Source: Podarcis muralis (lineage: Eukaryota). From it: 64,000 bases of DNA. A model generated the notes under the pieces. The model was not told where the DNA came from, made no database searches, and was given only the letters and a program-made list of their open reading frames with translations. The DNA lies in NCBI RefSeq assembly GCF_964188315.1, contig NC_135658.1:99262001-99326000 (forward strand), written 5' to 3'. A program made the position numbers and the translations under genes. Below, piece after piece: positions 38,845 to 51,848 of this stretch (within the stretch, counting starts at the first letter, position 1; each line of letters begins with the position of its first letter).

Positions 38845-38984
38845 NNNNNNNNNNNNNNNNNNNNNNNNNNNNNNNNNNNNNNNNNNNNNNNNNNNNNNNN
38901 NNNNNNNNNNNNNNNNNNNNNNNNNNNNNNNNNNNNNNNNNNNNNNNNNNNNNNNNNNNNNNNNNNNNNNNNNNNNNNNNNNNN
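38845..38984. other. Assembly gap (N run)
   Basis: 140 N. Confidence 0.99.
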
Positions 38985-39904
38985 CTTAATAGTAGCTGAT
39001 GTTGGCCTGCACAACGGGAACTAGGAAGGCCACAGTGGCATGATGGAAAACAGCAGTTTGGAAATGGGGGGCGGGGGGAGCCAGCCTTTAATATAATTGG
39101 GCCATATTGGGACCCAGACTTGAGCTTCCATTAGGCGAAGGCAACTTAAATAATATCGAAATCGTTTTCATCGCCTCCCTCAATTTCTGTTTACATTTGT
39201 TTTTAACGTTCATGGTTCAGTAGGTGCGATCCACTGTTTGCTGAGCTTGAAATTATCTGCTCTGTTTTGATACGACGTACTGGGCAATTTCCACTGAGCT
39301 GCTGATTTTGAACAGAACATTGTGCCCTGATGAGAGGCCAGGCATTTCCAAAGCAATATATCAGTCAGGTATCTTAGGCCTAAAGAGCTTGAGAACCTGC
39401 ATCACACAGTATGCACGACTTTTTAGAAGGTTAGAACTTGAGATTTGTGCTGCATCAAAATCATGTGTTTTATGGAAGGCCTAAAGATGATGGGAGACTT
39501 TTTTTCCTCGTCCTGTCCAGTGAAACTCACTTACTGAGTCTCCACTTTGTACCATCAACATCCAACTGCATGGAGCAACTACAGGGAAACTCAGAGTGTG
39601 ATGAGCTCAGAACACATGCCAATTGTTCTCAGGCTTTATGGGGGGGACATTGTGGGGTTTCAGCTGGCCATTCCATTTTGTAGGATATTGTATCCTCCCC
39701 CTTCAAGTGAAATCTAGAATTCTGTGACAAATGAGCATGCTCAGTCCTCATCAGGCTGTTTTGGGATCCTCCCTTAAGATTTTTCTGCAAACTTTGTGCC
39801 CCCTCCCTGAATCCTATCCTAAACTCTTTAAAACCATCCCAACAGTAGCAGGTGGAGTGGTGGGAAAGACTTTCACCTAAGTAATTACCAGTTGCCATTC
39901 TCCC

Positions 39905-40500
39905 CTTCTTGGGTAAGGCTCTGGAGTAGTTGGTTGCAGACCAGTTCCAGGTTCCCTTGGAGGAAAATGATTTTCTAGATGAACTTCAATCAGGGTTTGG
40001 ACCCAGTTTTGGCACAGAAACTGCTTTGGTCACCCTGTATGATGACCTCTGTCAGGAGAGAGACAGGGGAAATATTTCCTTCTTAATTCTCCTTGAGTTC
40101 TTAGTGGGTTTCAATACCATGAACCATGGTAGCCTTCTGGAGCGGATGTCCAAGTTAGGGGTGGCACCACATTGCAGTGGTTCTGGTCCTGCTTGGATGG
40201 TCATTTCTAGAGGGTGATGCCTGAGGAGTACTTTTTGGCCTTGTGGAGCCTTCCATGTGGGGTTCCTCAGGGTTCAGTTTTATCCCCTATGCTGTTTAAC
40301 ATCTGAATGAAAGCACTGAGTGGGATCATCTGGAGTTTTGGAGTGTGTTGTCAACAATATGCTGACGACACAGCCCTCTGCCTCTCCTTTACATCTGCAG
40401 GTGAGGCAGTGGATGTGCTGGACCATTTTCTTGCCTCGGTAGTGGACTGGATGAGAGCCAATAAACTGAAGCTCAATTCAGATAAGACTGTTAGTGGGTA
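39905..40500 (+). mobile_element. L2-clade LINE reverse-transcriptase fragment (frameshifted)
   Basis: Encodes VADQFQ...DELQSGFGPSFGTETALVTLYDDL and CQQYADDTAL (YADD motif)...WMRANKLKLNSDKT. Confidence 0.9.
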
Positions 40501-41459
40501 GATCCCTAGACCGGTGGCCCAGCAGAACCTTTGTCTGGACAGGGATAGCCAAAATTTTGTTATCTGTGGCCTAATTTTTTTGTCGTCTAACCTCTGGTAA
40601 CCTCCCAGGTTCAATCCCTTATATCTGCAAGTGAAGCTGGGAACGTCCATTACCCTTTTGAACACATTCTGCAACATCTTTGGGAGACTATGGTTTAGAT
40701 TTAGGGTTTCTTAAACTCAAGTGAAGTCTGTTACGAATTGTATGGCTCATAATTTTTTAATGAAGTCTGACTACTACATCAGAGGAAGAAGAAAAAAACC
40801 AACCTGTGTTGATTAAACGTTTCAGAGGCAGCAAACCGAGTAGAATGATTTGGTATTACTAGAATTAAAAGACTTCCAGGAGTTTTCCTGTAAAGCGACA
40901 TACCAAAAGCAATATATATTAGAAAAAAGGCATTTGAGAAAGGATTTATATGTGCAGAGAGAGCAACTTGAACATGCCAGACCGCCACCCAGGAAAGAAG
41001 ATAAAGAAAAAATATGCTGTAAATTAAGAAAACATTCCAAACATACTTCACAAGTACAATCTGGTGGAAACAAATTGTGCTGTGTGTTTCCAGCAGTTGA
41101 TTAACTGCGAAGTAAGCAAAGTAAATCATATGATGTTCACCTCTAGAAAAGCGAGAAATTAACAAGAGGACAGAAAAACAAACAGGGAGGTTGAAAATAC
41201 ACATAAAGCACAAAATTAGTAAAATATAATGTAATAAATGTAGTTAAAAGACAACATGAACTGAGCAATATGAAAGTCACACAATCATGAATGCTCATGG
41301 AGACCAATAAAATATTTGGGTGTTTCATAAACAAATATGTTTCCCCCATCAATTCATTCTTGATGTGTAGCGCTCATGAGAAAGGGAATTAGGCTACTGC
41401 AAATGAGCTTGGATAGGTAATATCACAATGGTAAAATTTATCCATTGTGATTTTATTAG

Positions 41460-41660
41460 TTGTATTTCCCCCCTGCCTTTAATCTAAGGAGATCAGGGAA
41501 GGTTGTGAGAGTCACTCCCATTATTTTATCCTAACAACCACGCTGTGAGTAGGTTATGCTGAGAGAGAGAGATTGGCCCAAGGTCACCCAGTGAGCTTCA
41601 TGGATAAGTGGAGATCTGAATCTGAGTCTCCAAATCCTACAAATTTGTTCACACATTATG
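41460..41660 (-). mobile_element. Old MIR/CORE-type SINE remnant
   Basis: ttttatcctaacaaccacgctgtgagtagg...gattggcccaaggtcacccagtgagcttcatgg, similar to 1807-2053 but more diverged. A 3' piece of the same type lies at about 50262-50373 (+). Confidence 0.65.
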
Positions 41661-42914
41661 CTGACCACAGGTACAAGCTGTCTCTGTGCATGTGCAGAGG
41701 GTGTACTTGTTTACATGTACCATTTATTTCTATAGGGTACACAGACTGTACATGTTATTTGTGCACCCAGGTACACATTTTTTATTATTCTGTTGCTTTC
41801 CTCACAAAAGTGATTCAAAGCAGCTTGCAAAAACACCAAAACACTAAAACCAAGTATAACAAACAACCAAACACACCCACACCCTAAAAACAGCGGTATA
41901 CAGATAAAAGACCACACCACTAAAGGCAGCCACAGTTTGAATAGAGAAACACAAAAATGTTGTGTTAAATGTTAAAAATACACCTAAAATACAAAATTGG
42001 TAAAACGCAATGTAATAAACACTTGTTGAACACTGGCTTAGATTGCCCTGGTCCTGATTCATACATAGACATAACATTGCACAATTTGTAATGTATAATG
42101 TTCTTAATTATTTTTTAAAAAATTGTTAAGTGGTATACATAAAACAATGATATACATTATCAATAATCCATTCCCTCCCCTTGTGCCTTTCCCCTTTCTG
42201 TTGAATATATGCTATTAAAGTGACAGAACAATCACAACCACAACTGCTTGTGCAACAAATATCCCTGCTTTGAATTCTTGTTTTATCTCTAATGGGAGCA
42301 AGTATATAAAGGCTAAGCATTGAGCATTGTTGAATCAGAAATGTTGGACTGTGTTACATGAAGAGCTACCACAGTGTGAGTGTGCTGAGGCCCCAGAGTC
42401 TTCTTCAGACCCTGAAGGGAAGAGCAATGGGCATCATTGGGAAGCAGTAGAAGTCTCTTGACAGGCCAGGCACTTTGGCTTCTCCCTTTGCATGGTCAAC
42501 AAATGCAAAGAAGTCCCCTGAAGGGACTCTTGAGATAGAGAACAGGTGCTCTGGGGTGGCATTTAGGTAGAGCTGCCCACAGCCCCTGCTTAAATTCGAT
42601 ATACTGGTCAACTTTGCTCCACTAAACATTTCTGTCCCATGAGGTGGAAATGGGGAAAACAGTAAATGATGGCAGCTTCTCCCTGGAACAAATACAGAAT
42701 TGGGAAAGTTAGTTTGGGTTCAGTGCTGAGTAATCATAAGAGGCCATCTTTAAAAAAAATAAATCATTTATTTATTTTTTGCAAACGTGGGTTAAAACAA
42801 TGCTGTTTCATAAAACGTGTTTTGTGCTCAGGAACTAATTCCAATGAATACAATGTGTATATATCATATACACATTGGGTACACAGTGAGCAGGGCCCAG
42901 ATTCATTTTTTGTA

Positions 42915-43145
42915 CAGTGGTACCTCGGGTTACAAACACTTCGGGTTACAGACTCCGCTAACTCGGAAGTAGTACCTCGGGTTAAGAACTTTAACTCAGG
43001 ATTAGAACAGAAATCGCACGGCAGCCCCGTGGGGCCAGCGGGAGGCCCCATTAGCTAAAGTGGTACTATACCTCAGGTTAAGAACGGTTTCAGGTTAAGA
43101 ACGGACCTCCAGAACGAATTAAGTTCGTAACCAGAGGTACCACTG
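42915..43145. mobile_element. Tigger-like MITE (first of a tandem pair)
   Basis: TA|CAGTGGTACCTC...GAGGTACCACTG|TA, same family as 25871-26098. Confidence 0.92.
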
Positions 43146-43147
43146 TA

Positions 43148-43405
43148 CAGTGGTACCTCGGGTTACATATGCTTCAGGTTACATATGCTTCAGGTTACAT
43201 ACGCTTCAGGTTACACACTCTGCTAACCCAGAAATAGTGCTTCAGGTTAAGAACTTTGCTTCAGGATAAGAACAGAAATTGTGCTCCGGCGGCGCGACAG
43301 CAGCAGGAGGCCCCATTAGCTAAAGTGGTGCTTCAGGTTAAGAACGGTTTCAGGTTAAGAACAGACCTCCGGAACGAATTAAGTTCGTAACCAGAGGTAG
43401 CACTG
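43148..43405. mobile_element. Tigger-like MITE (second of a tandem pair)
   Basis: Shares TA 43146-43147 with the previous copy and ends GAGGTAGCACTG|TA. Carries three 16-bp gcttcaggttacatat-type units. Confidence 0.92.
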
Positions 43406-44234
43406 TATTTTGAAGGGCAAAGCCACAATGGATATACACTGTTGCTCCCATGGTCAGTGCCGATGCTGCTTGTAGGCAGTGCAACATGTGGCTGGATGAG
43501 GGAGGAGGCTGTCGGTCATTCAGATTTATGCAGCCATCAGGGCAGGAGCAGGCATCCACATGGACCCCTTCGTCCTCTTCAGATTTCCAGCAGTTGCACG
43601 GCCCATCCTTGGCCTGGTGATGTTGGGTTGATGTAAACTCAACTCAAAATTGGATTTAAGATTTCTCTGGCTTATAAATAAAGAGAAGAGTTGTATTTTA
43701 TTGTGCAGAAGGAGATGGGGCAGATGATTCCCTTCAAGATTAATATATACCAGTTAAACACAGTCATATTTAAAACCAGACATTTCTACATCTGCTGGAA
43801 GTATTGCCCATTATTTCAAACTTAAACCCATCATATTCACGAGAACAAAGAAAACAAAATTCAGCTTTTCTCTCTCCTATAGATAAAGTGGCACCAACAC
43901 CCAGACTGGTACAAAATCCGATTTGCTCTCATTTGGTAAGTTGTATGATTGATGTTGAAGAGTGTGAACTGAATTTCAGCCGTTTCATATGTCCCTAGCT
44001 ATAATGAAGTAATGATATAGACTCCAGTAACTTACAGGCTTTCTCGTATATTTGAACATCCCATAACTTACTAGCTCCAGAGGCTACCATGAGTTATATC
44101 AGAGTTCTGTCCTATAGTCTCCAGAACTTGTAACTCACTATCAGCTACAAGCAATTTCATTTATTTAATGTTTTTGTAGTCTTTTGTAGTCCTTCCCCCA
44201 CCTTTTTTACTTTCTCTTTCCCTCCTCTCTCTGT

Positions 44235-44237
<3 letters not shown>

Positions 44238-44280
<43 letters not shown>
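44238..44280. repeat. (CA)n microsatellite
   Basis: About 21 CA units. Confidence 0.97.
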
Positions 44281-44282
<2 letters not shown>

Positions 44283-46564
44283 CTTCTGAAAAGTGTGATT
44301 AACAGAAATATGTTTAATAGGTTGCAGAAATGGATGTCAGTTGACAAAACCATAACCTGCAAATGATTCAGTAGCATGGGTTCAAATTAAATAGTAACTT
44401 GAATTGTTCTAAAGCTCTTCTCGTGGTTCTTTATTTGGACTTGGAATAGAGAGCCCTTCAAATGGAATATTCTTTCAAACAGGCCTTGAAACAGAAGACT
44501 GTTCTCTATGAAGTAGGACATGATACATGAGCACCCTAATGTCAAAACATTTGCAGAACCAGATTACCTTGCACATTTAGTCTTGTTTGGGAGGAAAAAT
44601 ATCCAAACTACAAGCCTAAAACAGGTCGCTAGCCATTTTAACTTGCATTATTCCATATTACAATGTTTTAAAAAAGAATTCCATATTGTGAACTCTAGTT
44701 TATAGCGGGATGTAGTAATGGATCTTTTTTCTAGGAGAGAAATTGTATGAAATTTTGCTAGGTGAGCAAATTTGCATTCCCCCCACTTAATAAAAGCTTG
44801 CCAAATCTGTGAACCGTGATGGAAGATATTAATTAAAGTCCATGCACAAATTAAGATGGGGAGGGGGGAAATCAGAGCACCAAGAAATAAATTAAGGAAT
44901 CCTGTAACATAAAAGCAGCTAGGAAGCCCTGGAGTATTGTGGGAGTAATAGGCACAAGAAAAGATGACCACCACACAGGAGGAGGAGTGGGTGAACCAAT
45001 GTGTAACAGACAAGCTGGCTCTAAAGGAGAAAAGCTTGAAATGCTGATTTCAGGGTCAGTACAAACTCCTCCTGAACTGGGTGGAAGTAGGGCTCCTGTA
45101 CCTTTTGTGCCTTTGCATTTGTGAATCGAAGACTGTTTCTTCTTGAAGGTGTTCCGTAAAGAGAAAGGAAAGGGTCAGGCAATTGACCTCACACCTCAGG
45201 TACTGTTATCCCAGTGGCGTGCAATAGGTAATATATATTTTCCCAGAGCGAAGATGACAACTTCTTATTTTCAGGGTCTACACTATTCTCTGGACAGTGA
45301 TCCATGAGACAGAAATTCAGTTTTTGCCGATTCCAATATGAACTGATCTGATTTGTATCTCCTGGATGAATGTGGAAGCTGTAATGCAGTTGTTCCCTGG
45401 CTTTCATAATTCTCAAATAACCCTGTGCTGCTATGTTCTCTTTCTCTTTCTCTCTCCCTCCCCCATCCCCCATCCCCCTTATGTTGAAATGGAATGGAAT
45501 GCATGCAAAAGGTGACATGGCTTGGAAATCAATCTTTCTACCCACCTGTATAATAAAGTTTGCACCACCCTGCAGCAAGAGCTTCACATCTACAGAAAAC
45601 ACACACACAGAGTGCATAGTTGGCATGACATTTGAAATCCTACAAAAGTTTAATAAAAATATGTGAATGATTCCTATTGCATGCAACTTGAAAATATTTT
45701 TTTCCCTTGCATGCAAACATTTTACCATACCCTTGATTAAAATTTGGAAGGCTTGCCAGATATGTAATACCTTTAGGCTAAATCTAGCTCCCAGACTTCC
45801 AGTTGATCGTTCCCACCCTATAGGATTTTTCAGATCAGCCTGGACAGCCAGTTAGTCTGCTACCTTAGGCAACTGTTTTCTACGTACTGCCTCTATGCTT
45901 GGGGAAGCCCTGGTTGGCCTTGGAACATTATAAAAATATATATGCAGTGATGGAAGCAATTATTCAAAATGATTTGCAAAGTCTCTGTTTTTGCCATGTA
46001 GGAACAGTGCTTTTGAATTTTTTGGATTTATTTTCCAAATGATTAGAAAGGTTTTTTTGTTTTTTTAAAAGTGCATCCTGATTCAAAGCACATTTAATTG
46101 ATGGATTTCAAGTAGAAAATTCCAAGATTGGGCATGCAAGATCACCCACATTTAGTAAACTCACATTGTTATTTGAATTCAGTACAGCACTACCTATGGA
46201 TCATTGGAACCATCCAAGCACTTTTGAATATGATTCATTTGAATGTTTAACTTTAGTAGCTCAAAGAGTGATGATCATTCTCACTGAAGTCCACAGCTCC
46301 TCAGATATTCAAATCAGAATTTTTTACTTGTTATGCAAATCTGAAAACTTTTTGTACCACATGGTTCATGCCCATTAAATAGTGCTTTCTGTAAGAAAAC
46401 ACAGAAATAGAGATGTACAACCAAGGTGCACATTTTTAGTGCTTTGAATTACCACCAGAACATAAAAATAGTGTGTATTGCTTTACTCTAATCAGACTCA
46501 TTTTTATGTGACTGTTGAAAGCCCTTTTACATTCCTTTCTAAGTCTGGAAGTCTGTGTATAAAA

Positions 46565-46864
46565 NNNNNNNNNNNNNNNNNNNNNNNNNNNNNNNNNNNN
46601 NNNNNNNNNNNNNNNNNNNNNNNNNNNNNNNNNNNNNNNNNNNNNNNNNNNNNNNNNNNNNNNNNNNNNNNNNNNNNNNNNNNNNNNNNNNNNNNNNNNN
46701 NNNNNNNNNNNNNNNNNNNNNNNNNNNNNNNNNNNNNNNNNNNNNNNNNNNNNNNNNNNNNNNNNNNNNNNNNNNNNNNNNNNNNNNNNNNNNNNNNNNN
46801 NNNNNNNNNNNNNNNNNNNNNNNNNNNNNNNNNNNNNNNNNNNNNNNNNNNNNNNNNNNNNNNN
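46565..46864. other. Assembly gap (N run)
   Basis: 300 N. Confidence 0.99.
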
Positions 46865-49301
46865 CTCTGATAATCGTCCTTTCCACAAAAGCACGATCCT
46901 TTTAAGTTAATTGTTCTCTGTCGTATATTTTGTCTAAACAAAATGTACAGAAGACCTGCTACAAATACACATTAAGCACAATGTTTACTTTTGGGATAGA
47001 TATTCCTCCCAATTTGATCTTCCCTTCTTCTTTCCAGAAACATTTCACAGATCAGTCATTATGAATAGTATGGCCTTGCTGTATGTATACTATGTAGTGG
47101 ATGGGAAAAAACCTGATTCTAGAAGGGATCTGCAAATCATTTTATTTACAGTCCACATCCCCTCACATGTTCACTCACAAGCCCACTTCATTTCCACATT
47201 AATCTTCAATTTTTAAAGAAATCAATGCATTAATAGGTGCATTTAATACTTTTAAAAATGTCTACGCAGAACTAAGTCCTGATGAATTAAACGTGCCTTA
47301 CCTATCCCTGGTAAATTGAGTTATGATTGCAGCTTAAATATATTTTCCCTTAAAATACTCCTTCCTAAGTACTATTCTGGAATTCATTTGGCTTGTGCTT
47401 AATTGATATGAAGGACCTTATCTTGTGTGTGTTTTGTGAGTGTAACTGACATGTTCCATTATATCGAAGTCACTTGAGATTCCCTCAAAATTCCTTGGAT
47501 GATGATGATTTATTGAATTTATATACCACCCTATGCTGCAAAACTTGCTCCCCAAGGGGGACAAGGAGAGATGTCCTCCAAGCATTCACTAGTTTTATCA
47601 AAATCTTTTGGGTTTTGGCCTCAAAAAGCCTCAGGAACTTCAGCTGAAGAGAAAAACCCGTATCTCACATGAGTTTCGAATTTAAACATCTCAGTAATGA
47701 GCCACTACCCAAATTATGCCTAGCATAAAATATCAGCAGGATCTATAACGTTTTTGAGGAACAAGAGATCCTTCAGGGTATTATATCCCTGGGTAAGCAT
47801 ATGCATTGATTCTGAAGAATGACAAAAATATTTAAATACAGAATCAATTTGACCACCAATAACATAATCATGCTGGCACGTCAGCTTTTAACATCAGTAC
47901 TGACATATTGGCCTCCCATGTCAGCTGCGTCAGCAGCACAGACAAAGCCTCTTGTTCATCACACCACGTTGGTTGATGTGTTGGTAAATCTCATCCTTAT
48001 AATTTATTGAGTGAGAAGAGTTACAGCCTGCCGTTCAATCAAATGATCCTCAAGGCAGCTTTGGACCAAGTCAGAATTTTGGGCCAGCTGGCTGTTTGGC
48101 TAGACAGCACGGCCTTATTGTCTGCTCCAAACTGCATGGAATGGGACGATGGCTTGTTAAAGAGGTGAATTGGTATGACTGGTCCCTTTGGCAGGTAGGT
48201 CCATGGATGGAAACAGGCCAGCTTGGTGACCTCCTTAAGCACCTTGCAGGTGATGGGTGGCTCCTGAGACCTGCAGCTCAGGGTTTTAGGACCAGGGCAG
48301 GCACAGGCTGCCTTTGAGACAACTCACCTTCAGTGTGAGGATGGTTTTGGAGGCGTGGTGAATTGCCTCTTCTTATCCCAGCAGTGGCTGCTTGCCCTTA
48401 CAGCTGCAAGCATTTGCCTGGAATTTGGTTATTTAGTTCCAGCACAAATAACTTTCCTTTTCACCTCTGCACCCAGGGCAACTTATAATTTCCCAGTACT
48501 GCAAATCTTAAGGATGGCCCGTGAAACTGTTTCTTCAGTTGCCATACTCATTAGGTGCAAATGTAAATACTATGCATGTGGTTTCCTGGGTGAAATAGAT
48601 CCGTGACGGAGCCTTGGTTCAGCTGCAGAATTGGGCTTGTCCGCACACAGCACCTGTTTGCATTAACATTTCCTCTTGTCAGCAGGGCTGGCCATGTCAG
48701 TGCAACTTGCTTCAGGTGGCAACATGGTGTGTGTTTGTGTGCGTGGTGGCAGTGGAACATGATTGCAGTAACAGGGGTTTGAATGGCACAAGAAGGCTTA
48801 TTAAAGTGTTGGCCATAGCAGGGGTGAGGGGATAATCATTTGGGCTCTGCATCAGGCAGCAAAATGTCCCAAGGGGGCAGAGCTTTTTGGACTGGGGTGA
48901 CAATTTCTGGGGTAACTAATGTAGTGCACTCCAGGCAGGCCTGTGCAGAAGTGAGGGGCAGTTGGGGACACTTGCCCTGGGCATCAGAGGGTTAAGTTGG
49001 ATGGAGGCCCCTGCTAGGGACTTGTTGCTTTTTTGTTTGAGTTTATAACTTTATTCTAACAAGACTCCCACTCCCATCAGTCCCAGGCAACATGGCGAAT
49101 GGCCTGGAGTGATGGGAGTGGTAGTCTGGCAAAATCTGAAAGGCGCTATGTTGGCTTTCCTATTATCATAATTGGGCCGTATTTCTCAAATATTTCTGAA
49201 AACAGGTAGAATTCCTGAAATATTTCAAAGTGTGTTAAGTGCCCCATCCTTAAACATTCACTAAATAAAATCCATTTCTGGGAAACTCAATCTTACTATA
49301 A

Positions 49302-49663
49302 AGGTAAAGGTAAAGGTACCCCTGCCCGTACGGGCCAGTCTTGACAGACTCTAGGGTTGTGCGCCCATCTCACTCAAGAGGCTGGGGGCCAGCGCTGTCC
49401 GGAGACACTTCCGGGTCACGTGGCCAGCGTGACATCACTGCTCTGGCGAGCCAGAGCCGCACACAGAAACGCCGTTTACCTTCCCGCTAGTAAGCGGTCC
49501 CTATTTATCTACTTGCACCCGGAGGTGCTTTCGAACTGCTAGGTTGGCAGGCGCTGGGACCGAACAACGGGAGCGCACCCTGCCACGGGGATTCGAACCG
49601 CCGACCTTTCGATCGGCAAGCCCTAGGCGCTGAGGCTTTTACCCGCAGCGCCACCCGTGTCCC
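49302..49663 (-). mobile_element. Sauria SINE, subfamily B, full length and young
   Basis: Complete head to (ACCTTT)n tail, CpG-rich. Perfect 15-bp TSD tcaatcttactataa at 49287-49301 and 49664-49678. Confidence 0.95.
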
Positions 49664-50406
49664 TCAATCTTACTATAATCACTGTCAAATTTATGATAGG
49701 ACACTCATACACTCTTGCTCACATTTATCTGAAAACCCACTCATCCAACTAACTTTTATTTGTACCTAATTTTCTTCCTCGGTATCTTTCATTTCTGGTC
49801 AGCATGTCATAAAGGGATGTCAGGAAAAGCTTTGACTTTGTGAGCCTAGATGAAAGAACATTTCTAAATGAACTCACCCAGAAGACGGTCGTTTCATAGT
49901 GCTAAAAGCAATAGAGCTGTCATGAAGTTCAAAAATTATATTGGCTACCCTCACAATAACTAGAATGAGAGCCTAACCACTTACCCCTCAAATTGTGCAG
50001 GACACATGGAATTTACTGTGCTTTACCAATGACTGTAGCAAACAATCTGGCCAAAATTTAAGTTCTCTTAGTCTCTTACTCTAACCTAGAGGCGAATTTA
50101 AGGGAGTGTGGGCAGGTTGCCTGCACTGGGAGTCAAGCTGAAAGAGTACTGCAGGAGGCGCCGCAATAATTTCAAACAATGGAAAGCAAGAGGCACGGGG
50201 TGCCAAATTTTGGTGTTGCAGAGGTTGTTGCTAAAATTTTAAAGTCCAAAGTCTACTACTGCTCTAACCTACCTTATAGGGTTTCTGTGAGGATAAAATG
50301 GGGAGAAAGGAATATATACATTGTCGTGAGCTCATTACAGGAAAGGCAGGATATAAATAGAATAAATAACTAAATTTCAATGACTCAGAAAGAGTTTTGG
50401 CTTTAT

Positions 50407-50825
50407 CTTCTTCTTCTTCAATCACTTGTAGTCGAGTAAGATTGTCTTCCATGAACACAGTCTTAACAGCGAGTCCGTAAGTGACTGTGGAGACCAATTC
50501 TGGAGCCACACAGCCTTACACAGTGGGGACATAGGTTTCCGGGGGGTTAGTTGATCACAGTGAGGGTTTGTCAAACATGCCACCTTCTTGGCACGTTTCT
50601 CCCTTTCATCCTGAGTTTGAGCATCTTCAAAGTCCATGATGCCTTTGGTAAAGGCTGTTCTCCAATTGGAACGCTTGCAGGCCGGTGTTTCCCAATTGTC
50701 AGTGTTTATGCCACATTTTTTAAAGATATGCCTTGAACGAGTCTTTAAACCTCTTTTGCTGACCACCAGCATTATGCTTTCCATCTTTAAGTTTGGAATA
50801 GAGCAGTTGTTTTGGGAGATCCTGA
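50407..50825 (-). mobile_element. RTE-clade LINE 3' fragment
   Basis: Minus strand encodes PKQLLYSKLKDGKHNAGGQQKRFKDS and NWETPACKRSNWRTAFTKG. (GAA)n tail. Same family as 23115-23881. Confidence 0.85.
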
Positions 50826-51412
50826 GCTGACTCCATCCTGCCCCCGCCATGTCCTTGAAATGACCCATTTTCAGGCTGTCTGCCAGGTTCACCACACAGC
50901 AAGCAGAGGAATGACTTTGCTTAATTCATCCCCCATAGCACCACATAAGCAGAGTTTGGACGAAAGCCTTAGATCATGTAGCAGTTATGATTCATTCATT
51001 CATTTAAGCTATTTATTTACTGTGTCTTTCATAAAGCAGGGAAGCTCTCCAGCAGCTAACCATTATAACATGGATATATGAAGCTATGGCTGCCTAATTG
51101 AGTAGCGTGTATTGCTGTTTTGCCAAATTGTTCAGTTCCTGTTTTAACTTCTGTTGTTGACTAGGGCTATTTGAAGAAAGACCCCCTAGGGTATTACAGT
51201 ACATGTTTTCTTAATAAATACATAAGTAAAATTAATACAACATATATTAAAAACACCCATGGTGGCATCCAATATCATGAAAGTGGACTTACTTCCACGC
51301 AACAAAATTTCAACCTGCATATACCTTGTGCCCCCTACAAATCTGCTCTGGAGGATTGTCCATGGATTTTTTTGGGTGGTGGGGCTGCAGGCCATTCCAC
51401 CAATGGTCTGCA

Positions 51413-51848
51413 TGTTGGGATTTTTGACTATGTGCAATCTGATGCAACTTTCCACAGAAGCAATTAAAGAGTTGGCCAAAGGCCAAGAAGACTGAGCAGA
51501 GGGAGTTATTCTGCCTAGAGATATGGGACCTTGGATACAACTCTGCTATTGGTTGAGGTCTCCACATAGGCATGATGACTCATGACCTTCCTTGTTGGTT
51601 AGTTGGTTGGATAGTGTGTGTTCTGAGAGTCGTTTGGAGTTTGTTCAGTGAGAGAGTTAAGATCCGTGTCTGTATCCTGTATATAGTAACTTGTGAGTCT
51701 GCTGTAAGTAATAAACACCTCTAAGTAACCAAGTTACTGGTAGCAGCGTCTTGTTCCTGCTTCATCCTACCTGCCTGCAACTGATTGCTTCTGGACGTCT
51801 GTATATGCTCTGCTATATTCAACTGGGTCTGGCTAAGATCCTGCAACA
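51413..51848 (+). mobile_element. Solo-LTR-like remnant
   Basis: TGTTG...CAACA termini, AATAAA (gtaataaacac) about 140 bp before the 3' end. No TSD recovered. Confidence 0.45.

Noticed and set aside
40779-41213. 144-aa hydrophobic minus-strand ORF
   Set aside because: Starts at a non-ATG codon, composition follows the T-rich strand, and I recognise no family. Only the 96-nt spliced sub-interval is kept as a weak lead.
25871-43405. Short regularly repeated units (cttcaggtta, gcaagacg, gccgctaa) resembling CRISPR repeats
   Set aside because: They lie inside TA-flanked MITEs with TIRs. There are no unique equal-length spacers, no cas genes, and the DNA is vertebrate.
45189-45728. 179-aa minus-strand ORF
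   Set aside because: Non-ATG start, runs through low-complexity GA/GGG tracts, and has no recognisable domain or splice framing. Likely chance.
4-46941. Long ORFs in the track containing X runs (4-898, 4670-5017, 28303-29328, 31481-31870, 38264-39024, 46436-46941)
   Set aside because: Artefacts of translating through assembly gaps.
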